This document shows, piece by piece, positions 60,485-64,000 of a stretch of DNA of 64,000 bases (the first letter of the stretch is position 1; every line of letters starts with the position of its first letter). The notes under the pieces were generated by a model. It did no database searches. It saw only the letters and a list, made by a program, of their open reading frames with translations, and was not told the DNA's origin. The translations under genes and the position numbers were made by a program. The DNA lies in assembly GCA_048013815.1 (NCBI GenBank), contig CM106586.1, positions 18,910,001 to 18,974,000 on the forward strand, written 5' to 3'. Source of the stretch: Setoptus koraiensis. Lineage: Eukaryota > Animalia > Arthropoda.

Positions 60485-62391
60485 TAGCAGCCAATAATCC
60501 GGCCCACATCAGCTGGCAGCCAATAAAGTGGGGCCCGCCGGATTCGTGCGACAGGAAGCTTGCGAAATGCGAAGAAAGCATCATGATCGCAAGCTCGCTG
60601 GCATACCCAGTTCGGATTGTGCGAGCCTTCGTGAATTTCGTTCATCTGCCCATTGAGCGAACGGGCAGAACGGCCAGTTTCAATGTCGCCATCCCGCCGA
60701 AATTGCACCCGATCGAGGCCCATTATATGTATATATCGGCGGGCCAGTGCTGTCACGCCAATATTTATATATAAATGGCAATATACCAAATTGGTATTAC
60801 CAATGGTATATTGCCAATGTAACCCGACCAAGGAATTTGCCAGCGAATCGATCCGATGATCATGCGAACAATCCAAACAATCACGTCGAGCACTTACCTC
60901 GCCGCGACGCGTTATGTCATTTGAGAGAGAGAGCAGCCTCATGCCAGCAGCATGAGGCAATATGCAGCCCGTGTTCGCTTCGTTCATTTTGCACCCACTC
61001 CAATCGCTTCTAAATGGAATCGAAGATGCCCCGCATTGCCCCGATATCCGTTCGGCCGATACCCAGTCTGGATATATGGATATAACCATGGTTATATGCG
61101 CACTGGGTATATAAATGCATAAATGGACATATGGATGCGATGGCATGCCTTTAAAAGCGTCACAGGAAACATGTGCGGATATTTGAGATGGATTCCTATG
61201 GATCCATGCTCATCAATCACCATTTTTTTGCTATTCTCTGGGGCTATGTTGCCAAAAAAAACAAAAATCTTTCGCTGGATATTTGTTTTGTTTTGTTTTA
61301 ATATGTATACTTTGGCCTGGCGTGTCACAAACAGCCGGAGAGAAACTTTTTCATGCGCTCGCAATTGGAGCGGCGCTTTGCTCAAACTCGGCATGCCGAT
61401 ATCGAGACTGCTCGAGATTTGTAGTTGTTGTACGTGTGTCGCATCAATGCAGTTTGGTTTCTCTGGTGTTCACGTTTATAAAGCCATCCCGCTTGGCACA
61501 GGTTATAAAGAGATATATAGAGAGATTCTCTATATCCGCACCATGAATTGCAATGAACAGCCGTGCCGTGGCCCCACCTTGACACTGTCCAATCGATGGC
61601 GCATCAAATGCTGACTTCTGGTCTGCCTTTTGAATCAATGTCGGCGGCAAGCTTGATAAAATGACGATAATAATATGACATAACAACATGTCGCCATTGT
61701 GTGTCGTCTATGCGTGCTGCTTATTAGCTAATAAACTCAATGTTGGTCACAAATGGCGCCACACACACACACACACACACACCGTAAGAGGCCAACAGCA
61801 TATCTGAAATGTCGCAAATGACGTAACTTAAATTTGGCGATCCCATAGGCCAGCCAATTTGAGTTACGTCATTTTATGCCACGTCACATTGGGTGTATGT
61901 TGGGCCTAGACTTTTCTTTTTTAAAACTTTTGTCAAGCTGTCAACTGGATGCAGTGTGCACTGTAGCGCTCCATTCCATTCAATTCGTATCAATCACGCT
62001 CTTGCACTTCAAACTATTACCAAACTGCGCTGATTTCAACAAATTTCACTGACTTGTGACGCGGCGACATTCGTTCGTGTGTCATCGGCATGCTCATATG
62101 CACCGATATTGTCACATTTTGGCAGTGTTGGCATGAAGCGAGCGTGATGTCATAGCGGTGAGTGCCGCTACTATAGTTGCGTGTACCTGGTCACCCGAGG
62201 CCCGCGAGCGACGTCGATCGGGCGCCTCAAAAGTGGATAATTCATGGAGCTTTTAATGGGGGCGCCGCGAACAAGCTGCGACAAACGCAATGATGGAAGC
62301 TCCGAGTGACAGTGACAAATGGTGGCCGCCAATGACGACAGCGACCATGCGACCATGCAAACAGTCGGCAGCCGGCGCCAACAACGACAAC

Positions 62392-62497
62392 GACACCGAC
62401 ACCGACGACACCGACGACACCGACGACACCGACGACACCGACGACACCGACGACACCGACGACACCGACGACACCGACTACGACGACGACACCGACA
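62392..62497. repeat. 9-bp tandem array GACACCGAC x~11
   Basis: Read directly; it generates the spurious (DTD)n, (SVS)n and (HRR)n ORFs in the track. Confidence 0.9.
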
Positions 62498-64000
62498 CGA
62501 ACAGCTGGCCAGAGTCTAGACGGTGCGAGGGTGCACAGCAGAGGTGCAATATGGTGCCGTGAGCAGCAATTATGGTTGTCCAATTATGTTGTCCGTCGGC
62601 CGGCGTTGAAGGGCCGGCATTTGGCGCGTGCTATAGCTAGCTATGATGCCAGCTCGTGCACGATATTCAAATATCTGTGATTGCATCATAATTGCAAATA
62701 TTATGGCCGCATCGTTGCGTTGCAACGATCGGTTCTCTGCGATCAATTATCGTGTTCGCATGTCGCCGAGACCGGGCCCGCTCAGCTGACCGTCGGATAT
62801 TACAATTAATTATGCCCACACTCTACTGACTGCTCAATCAGCTGTTGTCTCTTGTCCAAATCTTGCCAGACTTGCCAGGCTTGTCAGACTTGCCAGACCG
62901 AAGGTCGGACTCTTGACAGACGGACGGTCGGACAATGTCGGGCCAATTGTCACAACTAGTGCAAATAACATAACACATTACGTAACTGTCACTCGCTGCT
63001 CGTTTCGTTATTCTTTCGGCCAGATCAACATTGATCTGTGCAGCTCTGTAGCTGCGCCATGTAGCCCTCGTGGATATACAGCAATGGGTAGATTGCAATT
63101 GCACGAGGTGTGTGATAGCCGTGCACGTGATGGGCCGCCCGGCAAGGCGCGCATATTATGTAGCCCTGTGCCGAGCATGTTTGTGTCGGTGTAGGTGTGC
63201 GTGTGTGCAGTCCATAGATTATTGAATTTGCGGGCCTCAGTTGATGTTGATGTTGCTGTTGTTGTTGTTGTTATCGCCGCTAGAGCTGGCTGGATTACCG
63301 TTATTCGGTGATCTATTGCAAGTTGCAACAACACAATTGTGTCGGCCTGGCTGGCTTTACAAGCGTGGGCGGCGTTGCCGTTTGGCAGCCAGCGTCAAAT
63401 CGATATATCAATTTAGAGTTGATGTATCTGTTTGTGTGTGACCTAGAATTGTGTGCGTAGCCTGGCGACTGTTTCGAGGGGGTGGGGGCAAGCTTCTCTA
63501 TTTCGAGCTTCGGGCCTCTTCGGGCTGGCACAAACAACGAGTCACAATCACATGTTTATGTTGAGGCAGCCGATGAGAGCCAATTACACGCGTTAGCTGG
63601 CGAACAGCCAGCCAGCCAGCCAGCAGCCCCAACTAAGACGAGAACCCGATGAGGCCAATGAGAAATGCGGCAGCAGCTCACTGTGGCCCCCTCGGCTGGA
63701 ATTTGCTGCCGGCCAGCCAATTGCAGTGCGTGGGCGGCTCCGTGGCAACTTTAAAATTCCTCGTGTCTCGCCATGTGTGTGTGCATTCGGGCAAAAGCCG
63801 CCCGCTCTCGGTGCTCATGATGCTCCTAGGCGCCGGTTGCAAGGCCAGCCGGAGCTGCCGTTGGGGCCCCGCGAGCAGCGCGCCAAGCGTCTTGTGAGGC
63901 GCTCAATTTTGTGTGAGACGTCCAGTTTGTTTGTGTGCGGCTGGCCGGGCCAGACCATTCATCATTTGGTGGCGCACAAATGAAGCGGTATCAAGTCGGC

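Noticed and set aside
60680-60810. Sugar-transporter-like motifs (EIAP..RG and YQIGITNGIL)
   Set aside because: They lie in different frames at the wrong spacing with intervening stops, which is consistent with chance.

Overview
Eukaryotic, most likely arthropod, genomic DNA with three domains. (1) About 1-28.3 kb and (3) about 51.8-64 kb are gene-poor and low-complexity. They are full of (CAA)n/(CA)n microsatellites, many unrelated short-period tandem arrays and palindromic hexamers, and I can support no protein family there. (2) About 29.3-51.7 kb is a compact island of almost intronless genes: an Aurora A-type kinase, two divergent MOSPD2-like CRAL-TRIO genes lacking the MSP domain, RpL23 (one short intron after codon 4), an RRP1/Nop52-family gene, a secreted protein made of two tandem GPR158/GPR179-type ectodomains with no 7TM region, two unassigned coiled-coil ORFs, a possible small 4-TM protein and an orphan signal-peptide protein. 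Just upstream of Aurora is a G/C-tract foldback/MITE-like cluster (long imperfect TIRs plus 42-bp hairpin arrays) that runs into a 500-N gap. The intron-poor, tightly packed genes resemble streamlined mite genomes such as eriophyoids; this is inference and the species cannot be read from the sequence. By eye I found no rRNA, tRNA, CRISPR array or transposase. The best leads are the hairpin-array foldback element, the 7TM-less double GPR158-type ectodomain, the orphan secreted protein and the two-state genome architecture. None can be called a new system without database searches.
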